Shown here one piece after another: positions 40,792 through 49,469 of a DNA stretch of 64,000 nucleotides. Each line of letters starts with the position of its first letter. The first letter of the stretch is position 1. Under the pieces are notes generated by a model. It saw nothing but the letters and a program-made list of their open reading frames with translations. It was not told where the DNA came from and did no database searches. The stretch spans positions 160,001-224,000 of the forward strand of contig JAVZLQ010000001.1 in NCBI GenBank assembly GCA_038883655.1, in the 5' to 3' direction. This DNA comes from Candidatus Bathyarchaeia archaeon (GTDB lineage: Archaea > Thermoproteota > Bathyarchaeia > Bathyarchaeales > Bathycorpusculaceae). A program made the translations under genes and the position numbers.

Positions 40792-43011
40792 ATGGGACGT
40801 TATCGACAGATTGAAGAAATAGTAAAACTGATGAACAACCCAGAAGTGATAAGAAACACGAGCATCATTGCTCACGTTGACCACGGAAAGACAACTCTCT
40901 CAGATAGTCTACTTGCTGCGGCTGGCATCATAAGCGAACAGACCGCTGGTCAAAAACTTTTCCTAGACTCTTGGGAACTAGAGCAGAAGAGGCAGATGAC
41001 TGTTTTTGCTTCAAACATAAGCATGGTCCACAACTACAAGGGAAAAGAATACCTCATCAACCTAATAGACACGCCTGGACACATAGACTTCAGCGGAGCT
41101 GTAACACGTAGCCTACGTGCTGTCGACGGCGCCTTAGTAGTTGTTGACGCTGTTGAGGGACCGATGACGCAGACGGAAACTGTTTTGATGCAAGCGCTCC
41201 GCGAAAGGGTAAAACCAATACTCTTCATAAACAAGGTTGACAGGCTCATTAAGGAGATAAAGCTAACTCCAGAGGAGATACAACGCAAATTCGCAAAAAT
41301 AATCGTCAGAATCAACAGCCTAATAGAAAAGTATGCGCCGCCAGAACACAAGAAGGACTGGCAGGTGAAAGTTGAAGATGGACGTGTGGCCTTCGGCTCA
41401 GCGCTTCACAAATGGGGATTCAATCTTCCCCACATGAAAGCCAAAGGCATAACATTCCAAGAAATAATTAACGCTTATTCTGGCGAACCAGAGGAAATCG
41501 CGAAGAAAGTTGAAGTTTTAAGCAAAAAGGCGCCCCTATACGAGCCAATACTGGACATGTTCTGCGAGCACCTTCCAAACCCGCTGGAAGCCCAACCATA
41601 CAGACAGACGCAGATTTGGCCCGGAGACATTAACAGTCCAGTAGGCAAGGCAATGGCGAAGGTTGACCCTAACGGTCCGCTTCTGATGTGTATAACAACG
41701 ATTGAAGTTGACCCGCATAGTGGTGTTGTCGCCATCGGTAGGGTTTTCAGCGGTACCGTGGAGAAGGGAAAAGTTGTTAGGCTTATAAACAGCCGCCAAA
41801 AGGGAATAATCCAGCAAGTCTACATGAGTATGGCTGCAGACCGTGTAATTGTGGACAAGATTCCAGCGGGAAACATCGCTGCACTTTCTGGTCTACCATC
41901 AATTCACGTTGGCGAAACGGTTGCTGAAGAAGGCGTTGAAACACAACCATTTGAAGGGCTGAAATACGTTTCAGATCCAGTTGTAACTGTTGCTGTTGAG
42001 CCGGCAGACATTAAGGATTTGCCGCTCTTTGACAAGGTTATACACAAACTAACCCTAGAAGACCCAAATCTGCACTTTACCATAAACAAGGAAAGCGGCG
42101 AATACCTTCTTAGCGGAATGGGTGAACTACACTTGGAAGTTACGGCTTACAGAATGCAGGAAGCGGGCTTAAAAGTGAAGATAAGCAAGCCGATAGTCAT
42201 TTACCGCGAAACGATAAGCCGCGACTACAAAGGACCGCCAATAATGGGCAAAAGCCCAAACAAGCACAACAGACTTTGGGTTACAATCGAAAAGCTTTCA
42301 GAAGACGTGATTGAAGCAATAAGGACTGGAAAGATTTCTGAGATGCAAACGCGGGATGAACGCCAAAAGATTTTGACGAAAGAGTTTGGCTGGTCGACGG
42401 ATGACGCACGCAATGTCATAGCCATAGAAGGAACAAACGTGCTCGTGAACAGGATCAAAGGAAGACAATACGTTGAGGAAGTCATAGACCACGTTAAATC
42501 AGGCTTCCGCGAGGCAGTCCACACATGTGTACTAGCCAAGGAACCAGCATACGGCTTAAAAGTAAACTTGGAAGACATAATGATTCACGAAGACCCGGTA
42601 CACAGAGGCCCAGCACAGATACTTCCGATGACTTGGCGTCCAATATGGTGTGCCTTCCTCCTAAGCGACCCTAAACTTCTTGAACCGCTGCTAAACTTTG
42701 AATGCAAGGTTCCAAACGAGTTTGTAAGCTCTGTAATAGCCATAGTGCAGAAGCGTCGCGGAAGAATCGTTGACATGGTGAACGAAGAAGACATGGTTAT
42801 AGTTAAGGCTGAAATGCCAGTTGCAGAATCATTCGGTTTGGCTGACGAACTACGCTCCTCAACTCAGGGCAGAGCCTTCTGGGCAACGCAGTTTAGCCGT
42901 TGGGCACCAGTTCCAGAATCAATGCAGGCGGAAATAATCAGACAAATTCGCGAAAGAAGAGGCTTAAGTCCAACACCACCAAAAGCAGAGGAATTCTACG
43001 AAGAAGCATAA
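40792..43011 (+). CDS. fusA: Elongation factor 2 (divergent, possibly the aEF-2 paralog)
   Basis: AHVDHGKTT, DTPGH, NKVD, GMGELHLE and HEDPVHRGPAQ motifs; switch I reads RQMTV. Confidence 0.92.
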   Translation: MGRYRQIEEIVKLMNNPEVIRNTSIIAHVDHGKTTLSDSLLAAAGIISEQTAGQKLFLDSWELEQKRQMTVFASNISMVHNYKGKEYLINLIDTPGHIDFSGAVTRSLRAVDGALVVVDAVEGPMTQTETVLMQALRERVKPILFINKVDRLIKEIKLTPEEIQRKFAKIIVRINSLIEKYAPPEHKKDWQVKVEDGRVAFGSALHKWGFNLPHMKAKGITFQEIINAYSGEPEEIAKKVEVLSKKAPLYEPILDMFCEHLPNPLEAQPYRQTQIWPGDINSPVGKAMAKVDPNGPLLMCITTIEVDPHSGVVAIGRVFSGTVEKGKVVRLINSRQKGIIQQVYMSMAADRVIVDKIPAGNIAALSGLPSIHVGETVAEEGVETQPFEGLKYVSDPVVTVAVEPADIKDLPLFDKVIHKLTLEDPNLHFTINKESGEYLLSGMGELHLEVTAYRMQEAGLKVKISKPIVIYRETISRDYKGPPIMGKSPNKHNRLWVTIEKLSEDVIEAIRTGKISEMQTRDERQKILTKEFGWSTDDARNVIAIEGTNVLVNRIKGRQYVEEVIDHVKSGFREAVHTCVLAKEPAYGLKVNLEDIMIHEDPVHRGPAQILPMTWRPIWCAFLLSDPKLLEPLLNFECKVPNEFVSSVIAIVQKRRGRIVDMVNEEDMVIVKAEMPVAESFGLADELRSSTQGRAFWATQFSRWAPVPESMQAEIIRQIRERRGLSPTPPKAEEFYEEA

Positions 43012-43054
43012 ACAATAAACCTTTACATGCTCAATTACATGTTGGTGCACAGAT

Positions 43055-43333
43055 TTGCCGAATCCAGTAGACATTGTTAGGCTTATCATTCCGCTTGTGG
43101 TTGGAATAGTCCTAGGCTATTTTTTACGCAACAAGAAAGCTCTAAACCTAAACAAAGTCGTTTCTGGAACAATCCTTATGCTAATATTCTCGCTAGGCTT
43201 CACCATAGGCTCAAACAACGATTTGTTGGCTATGATGCCAAACGTTGGATTAAGCGCCGCGGTGCTTTTATTCACAACATTATTTTTCAGCATAATTTTC
43301 GCTAAAGCGGCAAGAAAGCTGATGAAAATATGA
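43055..43333 (+). CDS. LysO/DUF340-family small membrane subunit
   Basis: 3 TM; LIFSLGFTIGSN motif; ATGA overlap with the next gene. Confidence 0.75.
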   Translation: MPNPVDIVRLIIPLVVGIVLGYFLRNKKALNLNKVVSGTILMLIFSLGFTIGSNNDLLAMMPNVGLSAAVLLFTTLFFSIIFAKAARKLMKI

Positions 43334-43941
43334 TAAAATACATTTTATTTGCTTTAGCTCTCGGCATAGCCACCGGCTACATAAGCAACAACCTTGAAAT
43401 GACGATAATCACCGTCATGTTCTCTGAACACCTATTCAACCTATCCCTAATCGCGTTGCTTTTCTTTATGGGTTTGCTCTTTGGCGCAGACAAAGAAGCG
43501 GTGGCTAACTTAAAGAAGACGGGAACAAAAGTCCTTGTATTCCCATTTGCAATAGCCCTAGGAAGCATACTGGGCGGGCTCCTAGGCGGACTAATCCTAA
43601 AACTGGACTTAGTAGCTTCTATGGGTGTTTGTGCTGGCTACGGTTGGTACACTTTGGCGGGACCGCTTGCCGGACAGCTTTTCGGCGTTGAATGGGCTGC
43701 CCTAGGCTTCACGGTGAACTTCTTAAGGGAAATAGCCACAATAACAACGATTTCGCTTACGAGTAAAATTGACAAGTACGCACCAGTAGCCATGGGTGGC
43801 GCAACAGCAATGGACACAACTCTCCCAGTAATAGTACGCTACTGCGGACAAGACACGCTGATAACCGCATTTTCAAGCGGTTTCATCCTAACACTAATAG
43901 CGCCATTCACGATAACAGTAATAGCAACACTAGCACATTAA
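43330..43941 (+). CDS. LysO-family lysine exporter
   Basis: GYGWYTLAG, NFLRE and GGATAMDTTLP motifs. Confidence 0.88.
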   Translation: MIKYILFALALGIATGYISNNLEMTIITVMFSEHLFNLSLIALLFFMGLLFGADKEAVANLKKTGTKVLVFPFAIALGSILGGLLGGLILKLDLVASMGVCAGYGWYTLAGPLAGQLFGVEWAALGFTVNFLREIATITTISLTSKIDKYAPVAMGGATAMDTTLPVIVRYCGQDTLITAFSSGFILTLIAPFTITVIATLAH

Positions 43942-44359
43942 ACCCGCCATATGATGGTTAGGTTATACCTTGTAGTAAAATCTGCGACGTGTACCGTCAG
44001 GTAATTCACCAAGGGAGCAGTTGAAGCAAGACCATTAAGTGCAGAACTAGCCGCTAAAAGGCTACATATAACTTTTAAAGATTATTGCTTATGTTTGTAA
44101 TTTTGTGCTGAAAATTCTTATTTTTCTCTACTTTTTTCGTTAACTTCAGGTGAGAGAACACCATGACTCAAAGTCATAGCAAGTCACTTCATAAGGACCA
44201 GCAGAAATGTCAAAAGCAAGATTTTCCAATAAAAAGGTTATCAATTGCTCATGCATCATCATCTAAACAACCATTCATAAGACAATACCCTTATTTTTAA
44301 AAGTTAACATGATTTGAGCTTTTCTCCATTTGACAGTTTAATCCTTATGTGAGATTTAG

Positions 44360-44444
44360 TGCGGGGGGTGGGATTTGAACCCACGAACCCCTACGGGACA
44401 AGGTCCTAAGCCTTGCGCCTTTGACCAGGCTTGGCGACCCCCGC
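44360..44444 (-). tRNA. tRNA-Leu(TAG)
   Basis: GCGGGGG/CCCCCGC acceptor, CAAGG-CT TAG GA-CCTTG anticodon arm, long variable arm, GTGGG TTCAAAT CCCAC T arm. Confidence 0.96.
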
Positions 44445-44511
44445 CCTTTTCAAGTGCTATCTTTTGCATATTAAGAATAATAAAATTATTTGTTTTCGTC
44501 TTTGTGTGTCG

Positions 44512-44526
44512 CGAAATCTTTTAAAA
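44512..44526 (+). promoter_or_regulatory. Putative BRE/TATA promoter of tRNA-Thr
   Basis: CGAAA followed by TTTTAAAA about 25 nt upstream of the tRNA 5' end. Confidence 0.45.
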
Positions 44527-44550
44527 AATATGATGTGTATACTTGTTTGG

Positions 44551-44646
44551 GCCTCGGTAGCTCAGCCTGGTGGAGCATCGCCTTGGTAAGGCGGTGGTCG
44601 CGGGTTCAAATCCCGCCCGAGAACCGCCGTGTGCGGTCGGGAAGCT
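44551..44646 (+). tRNA. tRNA-Thr(GGT) with 22-nt BHB intron at 70/71 (44622-44643); integration target
   Basis: GCCTCGG pairs with CCGAG|GC only after intron removal; anticodon arm TCGCC-TT GGT AA-GGCGG; discriminator T. Confidence 0.9.
44578..44627 (+). repeat. attL (3' half of tRNA-Thr plus intron start)
   Basis: Identical to 49420-49469; similarity continues to about 44657/49499. Confidence 0.95.
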
Positions 44647-44826
44647 TTGGTTTGAACCCGCCTTGCCGCCGTTAGTGTTGTTTAGGGCGTTTTGGATGTT
44701 TAGGTTTGAGAGGTGGGCGATTGCTTGTTTTAGGGCGTTTTCTGTGAATTGTGAGATGTTTATGCCTAATTCTTTAGCTTTTTTGACTGTTTCGGCGTCT
44801 ATTGAAAGGGTTAGTTTTGTTTTCAC
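44578..44826 (-). CDS. Integrase N-terminal fragment int(N), with RHH-like domain
   Basis: GTG start after GGTGA; KTKLTLSID..AKELGINISQFTENAL; reads through att in frame with int(C). In the integrated state the ORF runs on to a stop at 44521. Confidence 0.85.
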
Positions 44827-44870
44827 GTTCTCACCTACACGTATATTCACGTATGACAAATATTTACCAT

Positions 44871-45017
44871 TCACTCTTTTTTTTCTGTTTCGATGAGTTT
44901 GGCGATGGCGTATTCTATGGCGTGACTTCTATTAGCAAAGCGTAGTTTCTGCACTTGGTCATCTATCCATTTAACGAAGTCTTCTCTTATGGTTACGTAA
45001 ACTCTTATTTTTGGCAT
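44871..45017 (-). CDS. CopG/ribbon-helix-helix protein (48 aa, not in ORF track)
   Basis: Hand translation: MPKIRVYVTIREDFVKWIDDQVQKLRFANRSHAIEYAIAKLIETEKKE. Confidence 0.85.
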   Translation of the reverse strand: MPKIRVYVTIREDFVKWIDDQVQKLRFANRSHAIEYAIAKLIETEKKE

Positions 45018-45139
45018 TTCAACCATTCTTTTTTACCTTCCCATATGAGTAGTTTATCCACAACTATACTCAAATATACACAAATCTTATAGATTTTCCG
45101 TTCAAAAATAGGATTTGCCTTTAAGGTGAGTGTGAGAAA

Positions 45140-45358
45140 ATGGAAAAGACGGAAATCAGCTTCTTTGGAAAGAGAAAGTGGCATATTCCCAGAAAATATA
45201 TTGTGGTTTCAAAGCGTCTTTGCAGCAGAGAGTTTAAGAAGTTGAGGCAATGGTTAGACGATAAAGACAGAATAGAGATAGGCACGGATTCAGAAGGGCG
45301 AATTTGGATTTTAAACGAAACCAAAGTTGGAGAGCATTTAAAAAGACAAAATAATTAA
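45140..45358 (+). CDS. Element hypothetical protein (72 aa)
   Basis: GGTGA upstream; basic protein; no recognised family. Confidence 0.55.
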   Translation: MEKTEISFFGKRKWHIPRKYIVVSKRLCSREFKKLRQWLDDKDRIEIGTDSEGRIWILNETKVGEHLKRQNN

Positions 45359-45368
45359 GCGCTATTGC

Positions 45369-45749
45369 CTATTTGCCTTCCAGCTTCCCCTTTTTCTTGT
45401 CAAGAGAACTCTTATTAATTGGAATTTCCGAAGGACTGAAATTTAACAGTCTTGATAATGGCAGGTCTGCAATATCAAATTCTTGAACAAAAGTTTTAAG
45501 ATGTCGTGCAAGTTGCAGAACATCTGCTTCTGGACTGTAATAATAGGGTTGAAATTTATGTCTCAAAATTAATCCTTTATTGATGAGTTTGTTTATACTT
45601 CTGGTTAAAAGTCTGTTGAAGGTATCCTCAGAATAAAACTCTTTAAATTTCGGATAAACAGCATTAAAGATTTCTTTTCGAGATTGCCATTCAGAGCATT
45701 TTTTCAAATATTCTCGTATTGCGTTTTCTATGTTGTCCATTATGGACAT
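45369..45749 (-). CDS. Winged-helix-like protein
   Basis: IREYL..SRKEIFNAV..LTRSINKLINKGLI pattern. Confidence 0.6.
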   Translation of the reverse strand: MSIMDNIENAIREYLKKCSEWQSRKEIFNAVYPKFKEFYSEDTFNRLLTRSINKLINKGLILRHKFQPYYYSPEADVLQLARHLKTFVQEFDIADLPLSRLLNFSPSEIPINKSSLDKKKGKLEGK

Positions 45750-45796
45750 ATCTGACTGAATGACAATTTAAGACTTACTGACAAAGGTGTGTAAAC

Positions 45797-45949
45797 ATGG
45801 AAAAAGTTAGAATAAGCGTAAGAATTGATGGAGAAGACTTCAAAAGAATCCAGGAAACCATAAAGAAGGCGTATCCGACTTTACGGTCTATTTCAGACGT
45901 GGTTCGCCAAGCTCTGAAAGAGTTTTTAATAAAATATGAAAGTGTGTGA
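45797..45949 (+). CDS. Ribbon-helix-helix protein (50 aa, not in ORF track)
   Basis: Hand translation: MEKVRISVRIDGEDFKRIQETIKKAYPTLRSISDVVRQALKEFLIKYESV. Confidence 0.82.
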   Translation: MEKVRISVRIDGEDFKRIQETIKKAYPTLRSISDVVRQALKEFLIKYESV

Positions 45950-46136
45950 GTGTATGTGTGTGTATTATAGAATGTCTGTCTTGTCTTTCTTCTTTTCTTC
46001 TTTCTTCTTTACCCCTAATATACATATACATACACACATACACACTAAACACACACCTTCACTAAGAAAGCAAGTTAAGCGGCGGCGAAGCTCTGCTTCT
46101 TTTCCCATAATACACACACTCACACATACACACACC
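45942..46136. repeat. TG/CA-rich imperfect inverted repeat around a pyrimidine tract; candidate origin
   Basis: gtgtgtgtattat (45956-45968) is the reverse complement of ataatacacacac (46107-46119); TTCT tract and further CA runs lie between. Confidence 0.7.
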
Positions 46137-46143
46137 CTTAAAG

Positions 46144-46398
46144 GTGATGTTCATGGTTAGACGAGACGGAGCAGAAATAAGAAAAGAAAGAATTCAAGAA
46201 GTAATTAGACGAGTTGTCGCCCTTCTCTACAACCATGATGAAGTTGAACTAGAATCCACAGTCGCCATGCTTCAATACGAAACAGGATTAAGACCAGACA
46301 AAATAATGGAATACCTATCAATTGGAGACCAGCTTAAACGGTTCGAGCTTGACATAGACAAAAATAAAATTAGAAAAATAAAAGCTGATGAAACATGA
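46144..46398 (+). CDS. Element small winged-helix-like protein
   Basis: GGTGA RBS; helices plus ETGLRPDKIMEYL and a terminal beta-hairpin. Confidence 0.65.
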   Translation: MMFMVRRDGAEIRKERIQEVIRRVVALLYNHDEVELESTVAMLQYETGLRPDKIMEYLSIGDQLKRFELDIDKNKIRKIKADET

Positions 46399-46520
46399 GT
46401 CTTTATGAGTTTGGTGTTTTGGTTCTTGTTCTCGTCGTGTTTTTCTAGTTGTTTTGGCATATCTGGTTAATGCCTTCTGGAGCTGGAAACTATGAGAACT
46501 AAAATTTTAATTCGCTATAA

Positions 46521-46748
46521 GTGGTGCAAAACCGCCATACTCTTTTACCCCTAATACTGTTTGTCATTGCAATATTAACAAGCATAGAACCGCACTTCTA
46601 TCCACTGTTCATATTCTTCTCAGTGGATTTTCTATTGATAGTTAGCGCCGCCTTCTACCTAATCGTTGAACATGGAATTAAAATCTTCAATAAATATGAA
46701 GATAAAGAGTTATATGGTTTATTGCAAAAAGCTGATAAATGGATTTAA
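46521..46748 (+). CDS. Small 2-TM membrane protein
   Basis: Two hydrophobic segments; start uncertain. Confidence 0.5.
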   Translation: MVQNRHTLLPLILFVIAILTSIEPHFYPLFIFFSVDFLLIVSAAFYLIVEHGIKIFNKYEDKELYGLLQKADKWI

Positions 46749-46763
46749 CCTTATATTAGAAGG

Positions 46764-47072
46764 ATGACAATGAACATAAATAAGAGGGTTATAATTTTTA
46801 GCATATTGCTAATTTACTTTTTGCCTACATTGATTGAGTGGATTCAAATTTTTAATGAAACTTCCAAGTATGGTTATCCCCAAAGCAATAGATATTTTGA
46901 AATATTCTTAATATTCTTCCTATCATCTTTCATTTGGATGCCAATTGCAATATTTTTTTATTTCCCTACGCCATTAATATGGAAAATCAGTTTAGCTTCG
47001 TATTATATTATCGCCTACGGAATTTTGGCATGCATAATCCTTTACAAATATAGAAAAATTAGAAAAAATTAG
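46764..47072 (+). CDS. Small 3-TM membrane protein
   Basis: Three hydrophobic segments and a basic C-terminus; AT-rich. Confidence 0.6.
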   Translation: MTMNINKRVIIFSILLIYFLPTLIEWIQIFNETSKYGYPQSNRYFEIFLIFFLSSFIWMPIAIFFYFPTPLIWKISLASYYIIAYGILACIILYKYRKIRKN

Positions 47073-47075
47073 TTT

Positions 47076-48119
47076 TTAAATTCTATCAAAAAACCATTTC
47101 CCTAAAATTATGCCAAATAAAATCGTTCCAATAACAATCGCATAATTTTTGGGGTCTTCATACCATTTTTCTATTGAAGGGATGCTTTCCCCTTTAATTT
47201 GTGCAATATATTGTTTAGTTAAATTGTAAAGATAGTATGGGTCATTATTCCATGCATCACGGTCATAATGCGGTTCAATTGCTGTGCGCTCTGGGAATTC
47301 ATTCCAAGTAGCAATTGTTACAATATCAATTTTATTTGCCTTTGCATATTTGATAGCATCTTTCCATTCATTTTCATAAATTGGCAATGATAAATCTTTA
47401 TTTATTGTGTAATTAGGATAGCGCACATAAAAATCATCATATCGCGGACATAAAGGATACATTCGACAATAAGGTATATCGTAAAACTTGTTATTTTTCC
47501 ATGACTGATATGGTTCATATCCTTCAAAATGCGAATAAACAAAATTACAGAATGAAAAATGTCCAGAAAATTTTACGGTAAAACGGTCATCATATTGAAA
47601 TTTTGAAAAATCTGTTAAATTTGGAGCATTCCAAAAGAGAATTAATGGTTTGTTATCCATTATGAAACATAGGGAATAGTAAGGCAAAATATAATTTTCG
47701 TAAACGTAATCATAGATAGATTTATAATCGTAAATTCCAGATTGGTTAAAATCTTCAACCATCAAACAAAATTTAATGTTTGAAACTTGATTTTTTGCGC
47801 ATTCATAAACCAATTTAGCATTATTATCTATGTGATTGCCTATTCCCCACCATGAAATTATGACAAAATCTATTTTAAGGTCATTCCACCATTCTAAATG
47901 CTGATTAATAACCGTTATATTTCCGCTATTGTAATAACCTAAAATTGGTTTATCTTGATGCGTTGGGTATGACCAATTATAATAGGCATCTGGAGAATCG
48001 GGGTCATACCAAACATAATAGTATATGCCTACTTTGATTTTAGGCGTTTCTGAATAGGCGCATGGAATGCAAAGTAGCAAAAAACATAAAAAAAGGGGAG
48101 TTGAAGGGGGGACATTCAT
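47076..48119 (-). CDS. Membrane-anchored GH99-like glycoside hydrolase
   Basis: Signal peptide; YYYVWY, GYYNS, ISWWG and TWNEFPERTAIEP motifs; C-terminal TM; start set at MNVPP. Confidence 0.8.
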   Translation of the reverse strand: MNVPPSTPLFLCFLLLCIPCAYSETPKIKVGIYYYVWYDPDSPDAYYNWSYPTHQDKPILGYYNSGNITVINQHLEWWNDLKIDFVIISWWGIGNHIDNNAKLVYECAKNQVSNIKFCLMVEDFNQSGIYDYKSIYDYVYENYILPYYSLCFIMDNKPLILFWNAPNLTDFSKFQYDDRFTVKFSGHFSFCNFVYSHFEGYEPYQSWKNNKFYDIPYCRMYPLCPRYDDFYVRYPNYTINKDLSLPIYENEWKDAIKYAKANKIDIVTIATWNEFPERTAIEPHYDRDAWNNDPYYLYNLTKQYIAQIKGESIPSIEKWYEDPKNYAIVIGTILFGIILGKWFFDRI

Positions 48120-48406
48120 GTTTTTATACCGCCCTACGTAGTATTCCAATAGCTATGCCTAATAGCGCAATGCTGAATATTACATATATCCATTGCGATA
48201 TCATTACAGATGCAGATGAAGTCATACGTTTTAGGAATATTCCAAGAACAACCGTGCAGTTTGACCCTTACCGCATTGCCGTCTGGAAGTTGGAAAGTGA
48301 CAAAAAAACCATAGATATTATAGATAGAGACATAAAAATCGCATTAGATTATGTTAAGTTGGATTCGCATGAAGTCATGCAAAAATACGCTTTAAAAATA
48401 CCGTAG
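48062..48406 (+). CDS. Hypothetical protein (start uncertain)
   Basis: Open frame in the gap between GH99 and int(C); no motif. Confidence 0.3.
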   Translation: MECKVAKNIKKGELKGGHSCFYTALRSIPIAMPNSAMLNITYIHCDIITDADEVIRFRNIPRTTVQFDPYRIAVWKLESDKKTIDIIDRDIKIALDYVKLDSHEVMQKYALKIP

Positions 48407-48585
48407 CGACTTAACATGGGCAGTCAAGCGCGGAATATCTAAACTCTATGATGTGGTAGTGCGTGTTGAGAGGAAACAAGCATTAGATAATTCTACAAAC
48501 ATGCTTTAAACATTGAAATTTTATGGAAAAGTTATCGCCTTTTCGAGGCGATTGAAGTTTGTGGAAATATAAAAAAGTAGGAAGT

Positions 48586-49419
48586 TTAAGTGATTTTAGA
48601 TTGTATTTCCGCTATGCCTTTGAACACTCTTTCCTTCAAATCGCTTATCAACGCGGGATTAAAGTAGTTCTGCATGAAAACGCTTATGCCTATCCGTCCA
48701 TGTATGAAATCGATTTCTGGCGGTTTAAGGTATTGAGTCATTAGGGTAGCGTGAGCTTCTCTTATGTCTCCAAATTTGCATTCTAATCCGCGTTTCTGTA
48801 GTCGTTGGAGAATTGCGTGTGCGCTTGGCAAGGGTTTACTACAACTTATCTTTTCAATTATTTCTTTTGGCATGAAGACAACAAAGCTCTTTTTTGTGCG
48901 TCTTATGAATTTGTTTTTAAACTTGTAGTTTTCCAAAGCACAATTTTCACAGTTGTAGTATTCGCTTAACTTTCCTTCTCTATGGAGCTGGATTATCAAG
49001 TTGTAGCTTTCCACTGCTTCAACTAACCGCATACCGCTATACGTAATGAAATCAAAGAATAACGCCAAATCTGGAAAATCCGCCTTAATTTGTTTAACCC
49101 ACTGGAAAATGCTTTCTGGGTCTATAACCTTTGTTAATCGTTGAATCAAAAGGTCATCTTTCGCCTTTCCACTCCATTTCAAACCGTAGCTTCTAACTAG
49201 TTGTTTGAACTTCTCGTAAACTCCCAAATACTTCGCTAACACACTTAACGCCTTCAACACGTGACCACGCTTGTCATCACTTAAAACCATCAAATCACTC
49301 AAGTTCTCACTAACCAAACAATGCGCATACTGTCTAGCATAACTGAACCTTTCCCTCGCCCTATTACGCTTATACAACTTCAACAAATACTCAAAGAAAC
49401 CATCCCAATCAATCAAAAG
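48586..49419 (-). CDS. Integrase C-terminal catalytic fragment int(C)
   Basis: SGMRLVEA (R), TKK, DIREAHAT, IDFIHGR and QNYF (Tyr); begins immediately at attR. Confidence 0.9.
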   Translation of the reverse strand, partial: LLIDWDGFFEYLLKLYKRNRARERFSYARQYAHCLVSENLSDLMVLSDDKRGHVLKALSVLAKYLGVYEKFKQLVRSYGLKWSGKAKDDLLIQRLTKVIDPESIFQWVKQIKADFPDLALFFDFITYSGMRLVEAVESYNLIIQLHREGKLSEYYNCENCALENYKFKNKFIRRTKKSFVVFMPKEIIEKISCSKPLPSAHAILQRLQKRGLECKFGDIREAHATLMTQYLKPPEIDFIHGRIGISVFMQNYFNPALISDLKERVFKGIAEIQSKIT

Positions 49420-49469
49420 TCGCCTTGGTAAGGCGGTGGTCGCGGGTTCAAATCCCGCCCGAGAACCGC
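49420..49469 (+). repeat. attR (duplicate 3' half of tRNA-Thr; intron-containing end extends to 49488)
   Basis: Exact 50-bp copy of 44578-44627. Confidence 0.95.

Larger units (their letters stand above)
44578..49469. mobile_element. Small integrated element (4,842-bp unit) with SSV1-type split tyrosine integrase
   Basis: Exact 50-bp direct repeats at 44578 and 49420; integrase halves at both ends; RHH/wHTH genes; AT-rich cargo. Confidence 0.92.

Noticed and set aside
353-43000. Many 60-170 aa ORFs overlapping housekeeping genes
   Set aside because: Antisense or alternate-frame shadows of well-supported genes, without motifs.
43055-43941. Frameshifted lysO pseudogene
   Set aside because: The ATGA stop/start overlap suggests a coupled two-gene arrangement.
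43942-44359. About 420-bp gap before tRNA-Leu
   Set aside because: No convincing ORF, repeat or RNA structure found by eye.
44551-44625. tRNA-Thr as a pseudogene damaged by integration
   Set aside because: The acceptor mismatch disappears exactly when the BHB intron is removed.
44490-44896. Plus-strand ORFs 44490-44675 and 44570-44896
   Set aside because: They overlap tRNA-Thr and are antisense to int(N).
45936-46160. 74-aa ORF rich in HT/CV/F runs
   Set aside because: Translation of the low-complexity TG/CA repeat region.
46395-46495. Possible frameshifted tiny hydrophobic ORF in the element
   Set aside because: It needs a frameshift in a T-run and is too short to support without homologs.
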